Shown piece by piece: positions 7,289-15,832 of a DNA stretch of 42,398 bases. Each line of letters starts with the position of its first letter. Position 1 is the stretch's first letter. Origin of the DNA: an uncultured Methanosarcinales archaeon (lineage in GTDB: Archaea; Nanobdellota; Nanobdellia; Woesearchaeales; SM23-78); assembly GCA_964404345.1 (NCBI GenBank), contig CAYOJS010000001.1, forward strand, positions 1,839 through 44,236, written 5' to 3'. The notes under the pieces are model-generated. The model did no database searches and had not been told where the DNA came from. It saw nothing but the letters and a program-made list of their open reading frames with translations. Made by a program: the position numbers and the translations under genes.

Positions 7289-8809
7289 ATGCCTAAAAAA
7301 TCATTTGTTCTTGTAGTAATGGATGGGTTCGGATTGAGTAATAAGACAGCAGGAAATGCCATTCGTCTTGCAAAGAAGCCACATCTAAGCAACCTCTTCA
7401 GAAATAATCCTTTCACGCCATTGAAAGCTTCTGGAAATGCCGTGGGTCTTCCCGAGGGGGTTATGGGAAATTCAGAGGTAGGTCATTACACAATCGGAGC
7501 CGGGCGTGTCATCTGGCAGGACCTGGAGCGGATCAATCGTGAGATTCGTTCGAAGAGTTTTTTTGAAAATCAGGTGCTTCGGCAAGCGTGTAAGTATGCG
7601 AAGAAAAACAAGTCCACATTGCACCTGATGGGGCTCTTAAGTAACGGCGGCGTACACGCCCAAATAGAGCACGTGTTGGCGTTACTAAAATTAGCTAAAT
7701 ACAATGGAGTCAAGGAAGTCATCGTGCAGGGTTTTACAGATGGGAGGGACATGGCTCCTCGTTCCGCATTGAAATTGATTAGGCAGTTAGAGGCTGCAAT
7801 GAAGCATCTGAAAGTGGGAAAGTTGGGGGGCATCATCGGGCGGTATTATGCAATGGATCGGGACAATCGTTGGAATCGAGAACACAAGGCATACGACGCT
7901 TTAGTAAACGACAAAGGGTTTACATACCCTTCCGCTCAAGATGCGATTCAAGCAGCTTACAAGAGGGGGGAGAGTGACGAGTTCATTCAGCCCAGCCTTA
8001 TTCATGGTAAGGATAGCAACAAAAGACACCTAGTGAAGGAAAAAGACGCTATTATCTTCTTTAATTTCCGCAGTGATCGTGCGCGCGAACTGACTCGGGC
8101 TTTTACAACAGGCCAATTTAAGAAGTTTAAGAGAAATAGGCGGTTAAAGTTGTTTTTCGCCTGTTTTTGCGAGTATGATAAGCAACTGAAGCTTCCTGTT
8201 GCTTTCCCCCCAGTAATTCCTCAGAATTCATTAGGCGAACTTCTATCAAAAAAGGGTTGGAAGCAATTGCGTGTGGCAGAAACAGAAAAATACGCGCATG
8301 TAACTTATTTCTTCAATGGAGGATTAGAAAAGCCTTTCAAGGGAGAAGACCGCATTTTAATTTCCAGCCCGAAAGTAGCCACGTACGATAAGATCCCGCA
8401 AATGTCTGCTCTGAAAACAACCCAAACTGTTCTGAAGGCGTTAGCGCAGGAAAAGTACGATTTCATTCTGATCAACTTCGCAAATTGCGATATGGTAGGG
8501 CACACCGGGAAACTCAAAGAAACCGTCAAAGCCGTAGAAGTAGTCGATGCCTGTGTTGGACGCATCGTGAATGAAGTGTTAAAAAGAAAAGGAAAGGTGC
8601 TGATTACAGCCGATCATGGAAATGCTGAGCAGAAAAGGTTTAAGGGTCAACCCAGTACAGCGCACACGACCAATCCAGTGCCTTGCTGCCTGATTGGAGC
8701 TTCTTATAAAAAACTTAGAAAGGGCGGTCTAGGTGATGTAGCCCCCACCATTCTTAAAGCATTAGGAATAAAACCTCCTCGAGAAATGACAGGGAAGTCT
8801 TTATGTTAA
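7289..8809 (+). CDS. gpmI: 2,3-bisphosphoglycerate-independent phosphoglycerate mutase (GpmI type)
   Basis: 'VLVVMDGFGLS', 'GNSEVGHYTIGAGRV' and 'NFANCDMVGHTG ... ITADHGNAE' are iPGM metal and catalytic motifs. Confidence 0.92.
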   Translation: MPKKSFVLVVMDGFGLSNKTAGNAIRLAKKPHLSNLFRNNPFTPLKASGNAVGLPEGVMGNSEVGHYTIGAGRVIWQDLERINREIRSKSFFENQVLRQACKYAKKNKSTLHLMGLLSNGGVHAQIEHVLALLKLAKYNGVKEVIVQGFTDGRDMAPRSALKLIRQLEAAMKHLKVGKLGGIIGRYYAMDRDNRWNREHKAYDALVNDKGFTYPSAQDAIQAAYKRGESDEFIQPSLIHGKDSNKRHLVKEKDAIIFFNFRSDRARELTRAFTTGQFKKFKRNRRLKLFFACFCEYDKQLKLPVAFPPVIPQNSLGELLSKKGWKQLRVAETEKYAHVTYFFNGGLEKPFKGEDRILISSPKVATYDKIPQMSALKTTQTVLKALAQEKYDFILINFANCDMVGHTGKLKETVKAVEVVDACVGRIVNEVLKRKGKVLITADHGNAEQKRFKGQPSTAHTTNPVPCCLIGASYKKLRKGGLGDVAPTILKALGIKPPREMTGKSLC

Positions 8810-8831
8810 ATGTGTTTTCGTCGACAAAACA

Positions 8832-8839
8832 TTTATAAA
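8832..8839 (+). promoter_or_regulatory. TATA box (TTTATAAA) for rps17e
   Basis: Centred about 26 nt upstream of ATG 8862. Confidence 0.6.
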
Positions 8840-8861
8840 CCGATTCGGTTTTCTCGTCGTC

Positions 8862-9050
8862 ATGGGCCGTATCAAGACACAATTGATCAAATCCAAGTCA
8901 TTGGAGATTTTGAAGAAGTACAAGGGAGAGTTCTCAAAGGATTTCAATCAGAACAAGGAAAAATTAGGCACACTCGCTGAAGTTCGTTCCAAGAAGTTGC
9001 GCAATATTATGGCAGGATACATCACTCGTTTAAGTGGCCGAACCGAATAA
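8862..9050 (+). CDS. rps17e: 30S ribosomal protein S17e
   Basis: 'MGRIKTQLIKSKS...VRSKKLRNIMAGYITRL' is typical S17e. Confidence 0.9.
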   Translation: MGRIKTQLIKSKSLEILKKYKGEFSKDFNQNKEKLGTLAEVRSKKLRNIMAGYITRLSGRTE

Positions 9051-9061
9051 GTGAGTAGCAG

Positions 9062-9361
9062 ATGACAGATGACAACGCAATTTTTATTGGCGGCAAGCCG
9101 TTCATGAATTATGTAAGCAGTGTAGTAGTCCAATTTACGACTAAGGGGGCAGATGAGATTTTTATCAAGGCCCGGGGGAAGTTCATCAGCCGTGCCGTGG
9201 ACGTGGCTGAAATTGCGACCAAGCGTTTCTTGAAGGATCAAATCGAATTAAAAGACATTAAGATCAATTCAGAGAGTTTTAAGAACGAGCAAGGTCAAGA
9301 TATTAGGGTTTCTACCATCGAAATTGTTATAAAGAAGAAAGAAAAAAACCTTGACGAGTAA
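9062..9361 (+). CDS. albA: DNA/RNA-binding protein Alba
   Basis: 'NAIFIGGKPFMNYVSSVV...IKARGKFISRAVDVAEI...RVSTIEIVI' is the Alba fold signature. Confidence 0.9.
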   Translation: MTDDNAIFIGGKPFMNYVSSVVVQFTTKGADEIFIKARGKFISRAVDVAEIATKRFLKDQIELKDIKINSESFKNEQGQDIRVSTIEIVIKKKEKNLDE

Positions 9362-9363
9362 TC

Positions 9364-10026
9364 ATGCAAATAAGTAAGCTGAAGAAGCAGATTCCTTTTA
9401 AGGTGTTTGAGTATCTGGAAAAAAGAAAGTTTAAGGAGCTTCGGCCGTGCCAATACAAAGCCATACAAGCTGGTCTTTTTAAGGATAATAACCTATTGGT
9501 TTGCACTCCAACAGCGTCCGGTAAAACCTTAGTGGCTGAGTTAGCGGCCTTAAACGCTTTGTACCATGATCTGGGCAAGGTGATCTATGTGGTACCTTTG
9601 CGTGCTCTGGCACAAGAGAAGGTAAGGGATTTCAAGCGGGGTTACCCTGATTTAAAGATCGTGCTCACCTCGGGCGATCGAGATTCAGACGATTCGTATT
9701 TAGAACGGTTTGATTGGATCGTAACCACTTCGGAAAAATTAGATTCCTTGCTTCGGCATCGAGCTGCTTGGCTGCAGAGTATAAAAGTGGTGGTAGTAGA
9801 CGAAGTCCATTTGCTGAACGATGCCTCGCGAGGCCCTACATTAGAGGTTTTAATCACTTTGTTACGGCAATTGCTTCCGAAGTTGCAAATAGTGGCTTTA
9901 AGCGCTACCATCGGAAATCCAGATGAGTTAGCTAGCTGGCTTGGAGCAAACCTGGTGATGGATGAGTGGCGGCCCGTACGCCTAGATAAGGGTATTTATT
10001 CAGCAGGGAAAGTGGAGTTTTGGTGA
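9364..10026 (+). CDS. Ski2/Hel308-type helicase, first RecA domain only (truncated)
   Basis: Motif I 'TPTASGKT', motif II 'DEVH', motif III 'SAT', then 'WRPVRLDKG' and a stop. No helicase C-terminal, winged-helix or ratchet domain follows, because the next gene is on the opposite strand. Confidence 0.75.
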   Translation: MQISKLKKQIPFKVFEYLEKRKFKELRPCQYKAIQAGLFKDNNLLVCTPTASGKTLVAELAALNALYHDLGKVIYVVPLRALAQEKVRDFKRGYPDLKIVLTSGDRDSDDSYLERFDWIVTTSEKLDSLLRHRAAWLQSIKVVVVDEVHLLNDASRGPTLEVLITLLRQLLPKLQIVALSATIGNPDELASWLGANLVMDEWRPVRLDKGIYSAGKVEFW

Positions 10027-10059
10027 TCTGCATCCAGGGGGGATAGTTTTGTTTCATAT

Positions 10060-10533
10060 TCACCTCAAAAATCGGGCTAAGTTAATGTCATCACAAAGAA
10101 AGGTTTCTCGTTTGAGGTCCTCAAGTACAAAATGTTCTTTGATCTGTGCTCGGAAAGGCGCTAAATGGTCGATGAATTCTTGATGGGTGTCCATGTCTTT
10201 AAAGACGCACTCTGCTAAGTAATCATAGCCATTGTTGACTCGGATGAGGGTGTTGACATGTTCATTGAACAAAAGGTATTTTTTGAGTTCCTCTCGATCA
10301 GTCGGGTCGCATCGAATCAAGAGGGTGGGTCTCACAGCAAAGCCCATTTTACGAAAGTCTAGGAGGATGGCGTATTTGCGAATAGCGCTTTGTTCCAATT
10401 GTTTCAAGCGATCAAAAAGCGTACTAACTGGGATTTTAATCTTTCGGCTAATGTGGGTCAGATTTTCGCGGGCATTCTGCCGTAGATGGCGTAAGATAAG
10501 AAAGTCAGTTTCTTTCAAGGAAATCACCTCCAT
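10060..10533 (-). CDS. Lrp/AsnC family transcriptional regulator
   Basis: N-terminal HTH 'DFLILRHLRQNARENLTHISRKIKIPVSTLFDRLKQLE' plus a C-terminal RAM/AsnC_trans_reg-like domain. Confidence 0.85.
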   Translation of the reverse strand: MEVISLKETDFLILRHLRQNARENLTHISRKIKIPVSTLFDRLKQLEQSAIRKYAILLDFRKMGFAVRPTLLIRCDPTDREELKKYLLFNEHVNTLIRVNNGYDYLAECVFKDMDTHQEFIDHLAPFRAQIKEHFVLEDLKRETFLCDDINLARFLR

Positions 10534-10674
10534 ATAAAGAGCAACACTTATAGGATATATATTTCTTTTTTCGGGGTTTTTTCGGTTGGTTCAGGGATTT
10601 TCCTGAACCAAAGGAATATTTATATACAGCATCGGATTCCCTCTAACTAGTTTGTTGGAGTCGCTGGGGGGTGT

Positions 10675-12207
10675 TTGCCAATGAACGAGTTGGAGCATAA
10701 GATTTTTCGTAAGTTTAAGAGTGAGCCTTCAAGAGAGCTCTCTACTTCAGCAGTGGTGAGAGAGGTTATACCCAATGAATATCGCTGGGTGTGGGAAACC
10801 TTGTCAGGTATTCGTGAAAAGGCACAGTTAGTGGTAGCAAAGCGGAAAAAGGGGCAATTACACCGAAAAGTATTGTATTATCTGAATAAATTAGCCCAGA
10901 AAGAAGCCATCCTGCAAACAAGGGTAGTGGGAAAGGGAGAGAAGTATTTTATTTTGAACATTCAGGGTTCTAAGAGCAGTCCTGTTTTTGAGTCGCGTGC
11001 AGTTCAGCTGATAACCCCGATTGAAGGGTATGAAAAAGAGGGTTTGATTCAGAAGGGAGAGTCTTGGTCAAATCGCCTGGGAGCCATTTGGGTGGATGCT
11101 TCTGCCTTTTCAGGCATTTTCAAGCTGCAAGCTACCATTTCCGAGTGCTTCTCTGAAGTGAGCGATGCCATCGGCGTGTACCACTTTGAAGAATTGATCG
11201 ATCATGGGGATCTAGAAGCATTAGAAGAAGGATTACGGCACTTGGACCTAGAAGCAAAAGACTTCAACCGGAGGGTCAGTTTATTCGTAACATGGAAGCC
11301 TGACCTAAAGGAAGAGCGTTTAAGACAGTTTACAGAGCGTTGGGTGCGCCTGCAGCCTGAACGGACAACAATAATATGGGGATTAACCTCAAATGGGTTG
11401 GAAATGCACTCAGACTGTTTCAAGGAAATCGTGAGCCTATTAGGAGGCCATCAGCTTCCCATCTACATCGATAATCGCAAAAGTCTGGCTCCAGCGCTGA
11501 TAGGGCAAAAGGGAGTGTATAGGATGAGCCCAGAAGAGTGGAGGCGATTTGAGAAGGGAGGTCTTAAGCTGGGGGTGAGTGGGATTTGCACGTTATCAGT
11601 GGATGTGAATCGATTTTTTGATGGGAAGCGTTCATTTCAAGAGTTTAGGGGGATGGTTCGAAAAGCAGCAAAGTCTTTGTTCTTGGCAAATTGGACGTTG
11701 CAGGAGCAAGGGATGAATCATTTTACCATTCTGAACAAGGTAAATGAGGGGGCTCGCTTGTTTTATCACTTAGGTTCTAATCAGTTGAGATTTTTAAATT
11801 TCCCTGCCAAAGGAATTGAGGCCGATCATTTTTTGAGTCTTTTGGAGAGTTGTCAATGTGAAGTGACTCGTTTTGTAAAGGTGCAGGAAACCATTTTGAA
11901 GTCTTGCGGGATGCCAGTGGATTTCAACATTTTATTCGGAGCAGGGAAAGGCACATCAGAGGTCCTCAATGCAGCTAAATGTGTTGATTTTTTAAAACCT
12001 GAGTTTCAGGAGTTGTTTCGAAGGAAAGAGCGGCTAGCTAGAATTATCGGAGGGAGGGATGTTCTTGAGTGGGTAACAGTAACAGATGATCGAAAGGAGT
12101 GGGTGCATCAAGTCCAATACATATTGGACCATGTGAATGTCCCGCTCTTTTGCTTGTGTTTTGGTGAAGGGAAGGGGGTAATCAAGTTGACAAGTTTTTT
12201 GGGGTAA
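10675..12207 (+). CDS. hypothetical protein, 510 aa, with a possible N-terminal winged helix
   Basis: Long ORF; ATG at 10681 follows TTG 10675. TTTATATA at 10618-10625. Ends 3 nt before the thymidylate synthase ORF. Confidence 0.6.
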   Translation: MPMNELEHKIFRKFKSEPSRELSTSAVVREVIPNEYRWVWETLSGIREKAQLVVAKRKKGQLHRKVLYYLNKLAQKEAILQTRVVGKGEKYFILNIQGSKSSPVFESRAVQLITPIEGYEKEGLIQKGESWSNRLGAIWVDASAFSGIFKLQATISECFSEVSDAIGVYHFEELIDHGDLEALEEGLRHLDLEAKDFNRRVSLFVTWKPDLKEERLRQFTERWVRLQPERTTIIWGLTSNGLEMHSDCFKEIVSLLGGHQLPIYIDNRKSLAPALIGQKGVYRMSPEEWRRFEKGGLKLGVSGICTLSVDVNRFFDGKRSFQEFRGMVRKAAKSLFLANWTLQEQGMNHFTILNKVNEGARLFYHLGSNQLRFLNFPAKGIEADHFLSLLESCQCEVTRFVKVQETILKSCGMPVDFNILFGAGKGTSEVLNAAKCVDFLKPEFQELFRRKERLARIIGGRDVLEWVTVTDDRKEWVHQVQYILDHVNVPLFCLCFGEGKGVIKLTSFLG

Positions 12208-12210
12208 AAT

Positions 12211-12867
12211 ATGGAGATTCATGAAGAGGTAGCAATCAAAGCTTGGGAGACAAGTCTGAGTAAAGTATGGAAGGAGGGACGAGAATTCAAAGATCAAGAA
12301 GGCCGGGTCTGCCGAGAAGTACTAAACATGGTGGTTTGTGTGGAGCACCCCGAAAAGAATATCGGAGAGCCTGCTCAATGGTTGGCTCGACAGGAGGAAT
12401 GGGTATATCCTTCCTTGGATCAGATCGCCCAGGTCATCTTAAGCGATGTCGGAAGCCTATTTTTTCATTACGCGTATGGTGAGCGTGTATTTAAATTTCA
12501 GGGTAAGAAGAATCAGTTGGAAGAGTTTATTTTGCCTTTGCTATCCAAGAGCTCAGAATCCCGCAGGGCTTTGATTTCATTGTATGATCCTGTAGTTGAT
12601 TCAGATGCTTAAAAGGAGGATGTGGCTTGTTTAGGATCCATTCCCTTCCGAGCGATCGAAAAAAGATTACACGTAACCGGTTATATTCGAAGCAATGACT
12701 TATTCATTGGCTGGCCGGCAAACGCATATCAGTTGTTCGTTTTACAACGTTGGGTTGCTGCCAAGCTCGGTTTGGAAGTGGGCTCTTTAACCACGATCTC
12801 AGGCTCTGCCCATGTCTTTGTAGAGTACACAGAAGAATTAAAGCGATTGCTTAATGATGCGATTTAA
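12211..12867 (+). pseudogene. thyA: archaeal-type thymidylate synthase interrupted by an in-frame TAA at 12610-12612
   Basis: ORFs 12211..12612 and 12622..12867 share one frame. Joined, they read '...SRRALISLYDPVVDSDA*KEDVACLGS...YIRSNDLFIGWPANAYQ...GSAHVF', the ThyA RR / catalytic Cys / RSxD / aN / H series. Confidence 0.8.
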
Positions 12868-13542
12868 TTATTTCTCGGTATGCCTGCCCACATAAAGTCA
12901 TCGTGGTGATCGCAACGATAAAAGATAGATAACCCGAGAATAAATTATAAGCAATCCCGATCAATATATTCTCACTCTGAATCGTGGCAAGAAGCGCTTG
13001 GAGGAGGATGCTAACCAAAGCAGTATAACCCAGTGATACAATCCAGGCTTTGAAGTAAGGGGGGTAAAGGCTCGTGAGAAGATGACTGAATACTGAAGGC
13101 CATCTTTGAATCGGTACGTGGCTATGTAATGAATCGTAGCAAGGAGTGCAAAATACCAAGTTGCGAGGAAAAGCACAATCAAGAGCACAAGATAAGCACC
13201 GTTTTGCTGGGCTAGGTGTTCAACAAGAGCGGTAGGGTCTGTCTCGGTAAGAAAGGTTTGGGCGCTTTTGAAGAGGAAAATAAGCAGGGCAAAAAAGAGC
13301 GGAATGGAGTAAACCCCCCATAAGAGTGTTAAAAAAAAGCCTCGTTTAAAGAGCATCCAAAAATCCCGCCAGGGGGGGAGATGGTCTTTCTTTGCGATCG
13401 CCAGGCGGGTAACCTCGGCAGCATAGCCCGTTACAAAGAGTCCTGTAAGAATATTGAAGAGGGGTATACCGCTAAGAACCGCACCTATCGTTAGTTTTTT
13501 AAGGTCTTGGAAGGGGCGTTGAAAAGCATCCAGATAATTCAT
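12851..13542 (-). pseudogene. DUF4013-like membrane protein, frameshifted
   Basis: The N-terminal part lies in the frame of 12961..13542 ('PPWRDFWMLFKRGFF'). Hydrophobic helices continue in the frame of 12851..13159 ('YFKAWIVSLGYTALVSILLQ'). A G6 run sits at 13059-13064 in the overlap. Confidence 0.6.
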
Positions 13543-13627
13543 AAAAAGAACAGCGCAGGTTTACCTTTTAAAGTTTTTGTTGAAAGGCATCGGAATAATT
13601 CATAAAAGAATGATGGGCAAAGGGTTT

Positions 13628-15823
13628 TTATAGTTTGCCTTTTGCACAGCGTCGGATGGCTTCTTCAATATGTTCTCGTTTCCATCCTTTCTCATGAAGG
13701 CCGGATTTTATTTTTTCTTCACTTACCCCCCGATCAATGCACTTCTGTACAAAAGACTTGAGGTGTTCAAAGTTGGGGGGTAAATCGGGAGTGCGGGGTT
13801 TTTCTTTTGAGGTAGTTGTTTCTAGTTCGAGAGTAGCATATGTTTTGGTCTGTTTGGTTCGATGGACAAGTTGTTTAAGGTCAGTGAAAAGGTATAAGCA
13901 AATAAGGATAACGACAAGGATAATGAGGATGAGAGAGACCCAGAGCCAGGAGTAAGTAGAAGAAGTGGGTGGGGGGGGTGGGGTAATAGTCGGTAAAGTC
14001 TCATTTAGAGGAGTTGGTTTTGTAGGATTGGTGAGCACTAGTTTTTGTCCAGTTTTAGCAGTCACCGCAAAGAGGCTAAGACCTGGGCTGTTGGCTTGAT
14101 AAGTCATGGTATACGTGTCTTCGCGAAGCATGAAGGTGGGGAGTGCAATCCAAAGATCGTTTTCATAGCGTTGAAGTTGAATGCTGTCTTTAGCATATTC
14201 CGTCTGGGCAAGCCAGCTTTTGGGGACTTTAAACTGAAGCTTAATGTCTTGCAATTTTTTGTCATCCAAGTCGGGGTGGTAGATATAGAAAGCAAGGGGG
14301 GAATCTTGGGTGAGGGGGGTTATAGATGAAGGAAGAGTACTTAACGGGTAGAGGGTAATTTCAGAGGCAGGTTGATTTTCTCGGCTGAGAAATTCGATTT
14401 GGATGAGGGATTGATTAAGATCATCAAGAGAGAGCTTTTGAACGGTATTGGCCGAAATGACTGAATATTGTTTTATAGCGCGAATCACCTCGGGCAGTTC
14501 TAAATAACCTGGAAGGGATGCAAGGGGGGTGGAAGCTGTTTTATTAGTGGTATTCCCTTCAGAAGGAGTTGTAAAATTGTAGGGCCCAAAGGTGACCCGA
14601 TTGTTGGAATAGTCTTGTAGAATAATCTGATAATAATAAGTGCCCCGGGGTTCGAGGTTGCGGAAGGTATAATAGAATTTTTTTTCAGCAGAAGTAACAA
14701 GTTGATAATCTGCCTTGGATAAGAGGGCAGAATCTCGAGCATATTGGAGTTGGATAGTCGTTTCTTCATCCGTTTCTCCAGTTAAAAGAGGTCTACTTTC
14801 AAAAAGATCTACATTAGCGGAGACAAGGGAGGGATTCGTTTTATCGATAACAGTAATCGAACCCAAAACATTGTTAGCCCCTCCATTGATGTTAGCACAG
14901 GTAAGATTAAATGTATAAGGCCCATCGATCAAGCCTGCAATTCGCTGATTGAACAGGTAAAGGCTTGCTTGCGAGGTGTAGTTGGCTAAATAATGGCCGA
15001 TTTGCCGAAGGATTTTATTGTCGCGAAAAAGGTTTAAGGTGCAGAGTGGTTGGGAAGAATTCGGGGGGTTGGTAATATTAACCGTATATCGAAGTAGAAA
15101 ATAGCTGTTATTCTGAATCATATTCGGCAGGGGAAGTTGAAGATTGATCTGGGGGGTGGTGGTGTCATTCATCGTAAGAGTGATCACTTGACTTTGTTCA
15201 TTTCCAGCAGTGTCCTTTACACGCAGAGTTAACGTGCAACTTCCTGTAGAAAGGCATCCGAGATCCGAAGGGATGAAATTTCCAGTCCATCGCCCGTTAG
15301 TGAAGGTAAGGGCCTTCGTACGAGTACCAGTGAGGTTCGCTTGATTAATCCCATTTATGTCCGTGGATGTGCTGTTGACTTCAAAGGTTTGTGTTGGTTG
15401 CGGGTTTAAGGTAGAGATCGTATAGCTAAGCGTGGGAGGAGTGAGGTCAATGATTACATTTTGACTTTGCTGGGCAGTGCCTCCATCATTTGCAACAGTA
15501 ATCTGAAAGGAATAATTCCCATCAGGAGGGGGGGTAGAATAGACAAAGGTAAAATGTTTAGTGTTATTCTGAGAGGGAGCAATGAGGGCAGGATCAGAGG
15601 GATTAAAAGTTATATTTGCATAGGCATCTTCATCAGTATAAGCATCTATACTAAAAAGGCCTCGGACAATACTAGAAGGGCTTACGATAACGTTCTGAAT
15701 GCTTAAAGCCGTTGTAAGAGGTAAGCACAAGAGTAAAAAGATGAACCATGTACTTTTCATAGGCAGCCTCTTTTTAGTGATAGGGGGGGTTTTTATAAAA
15801 GTTGTGATGGGGGTTGAGGACAA
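13628..15823 (-). CDS. large surface glycoprotein, type I membrane topology with a cytoplasmic tail
   Basis: Signal/TM segment 'STWFIFLLLCLPLTTALS' and more than a dozen N-x-S/T sequons. A PGF-pre-PGF-like module 'LQRYENDLWIALPT...YQANSPGLSLFAVTA'. Pro/Thr linker, TM helix, and a tail 'GVSEEKIKSGLHEKGWKREHIEEAI'. Confidence 0.8.
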   Translation of the reverse strand: MSSTPITTFIKTPPITKKRLPMKSTWFIFLLLCLPLTTALSIQNVIVSPSSIVRGLFSIDAYTDEDAYANITFNPSDPALIAPSQNNTKHFTFVYSTPPPDGNYSFQITVANDGGTAQQSQNVIIDLTPPTLSYTISTLNPQPTQTFEVNSTSTDINGINQANLTGTRTKALTFTNGRWTGNFIPSDLGCLSTGSCTLTLRVKDTAGNEQSQVITLTMNDTTTPQINLQLPLPNMIQNNSYFLLRYTVNITNPPNSSQPLCTLNLFRDNKILRQIGHYLANYTSQASLYLFNQRIAGLIDGPYTFNLTCANINGGANNVLGSITVIDKTNPSLVSANVDLFESRPLLTGETDEETTIQLQYARDSALLSKADYQLVTSAEKKFYYTFRNLEPRGTYYYQIILQDYSNNRVTFGPYNFTTPSEGNTTNKTASTPLASLPGYLELPEVIRAIKQYSVISANTVQKLSLDDLNQSLIQIEFLSRENQPASEITLYPLSTLPSSITPLTQDSPLAFYIYHPDLDDKKLQDIKLQFKVPKSWLAQTEYAKDSIQLQRYENDLWIALPTFMLREDTYTMTYQANSPGLSLFAVTAKTGQKLVLTNPTKPTPLNETLPTITPPPPPTSSTYSWLWVSLILIILVVILICLYLFTDLKQLVHRTKQTKTYATLELETTTSKEKPRTPDLPPNFEHLKSFVQKCIDRGVSEEKIKSGLHEKGWKREHIEEAIRRCAKGKL

Positions 15824-15832
15824 GCTCTATGC

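Noticed and set aside
12610-12624. Reassigned TAA codon (alternative genetic code) as the explanation for the thyA interruption.
   Set aside because: TAA terminates many well-defined genes in this window at the expected protein ends, including argS, gpmI, rps17e and albA.
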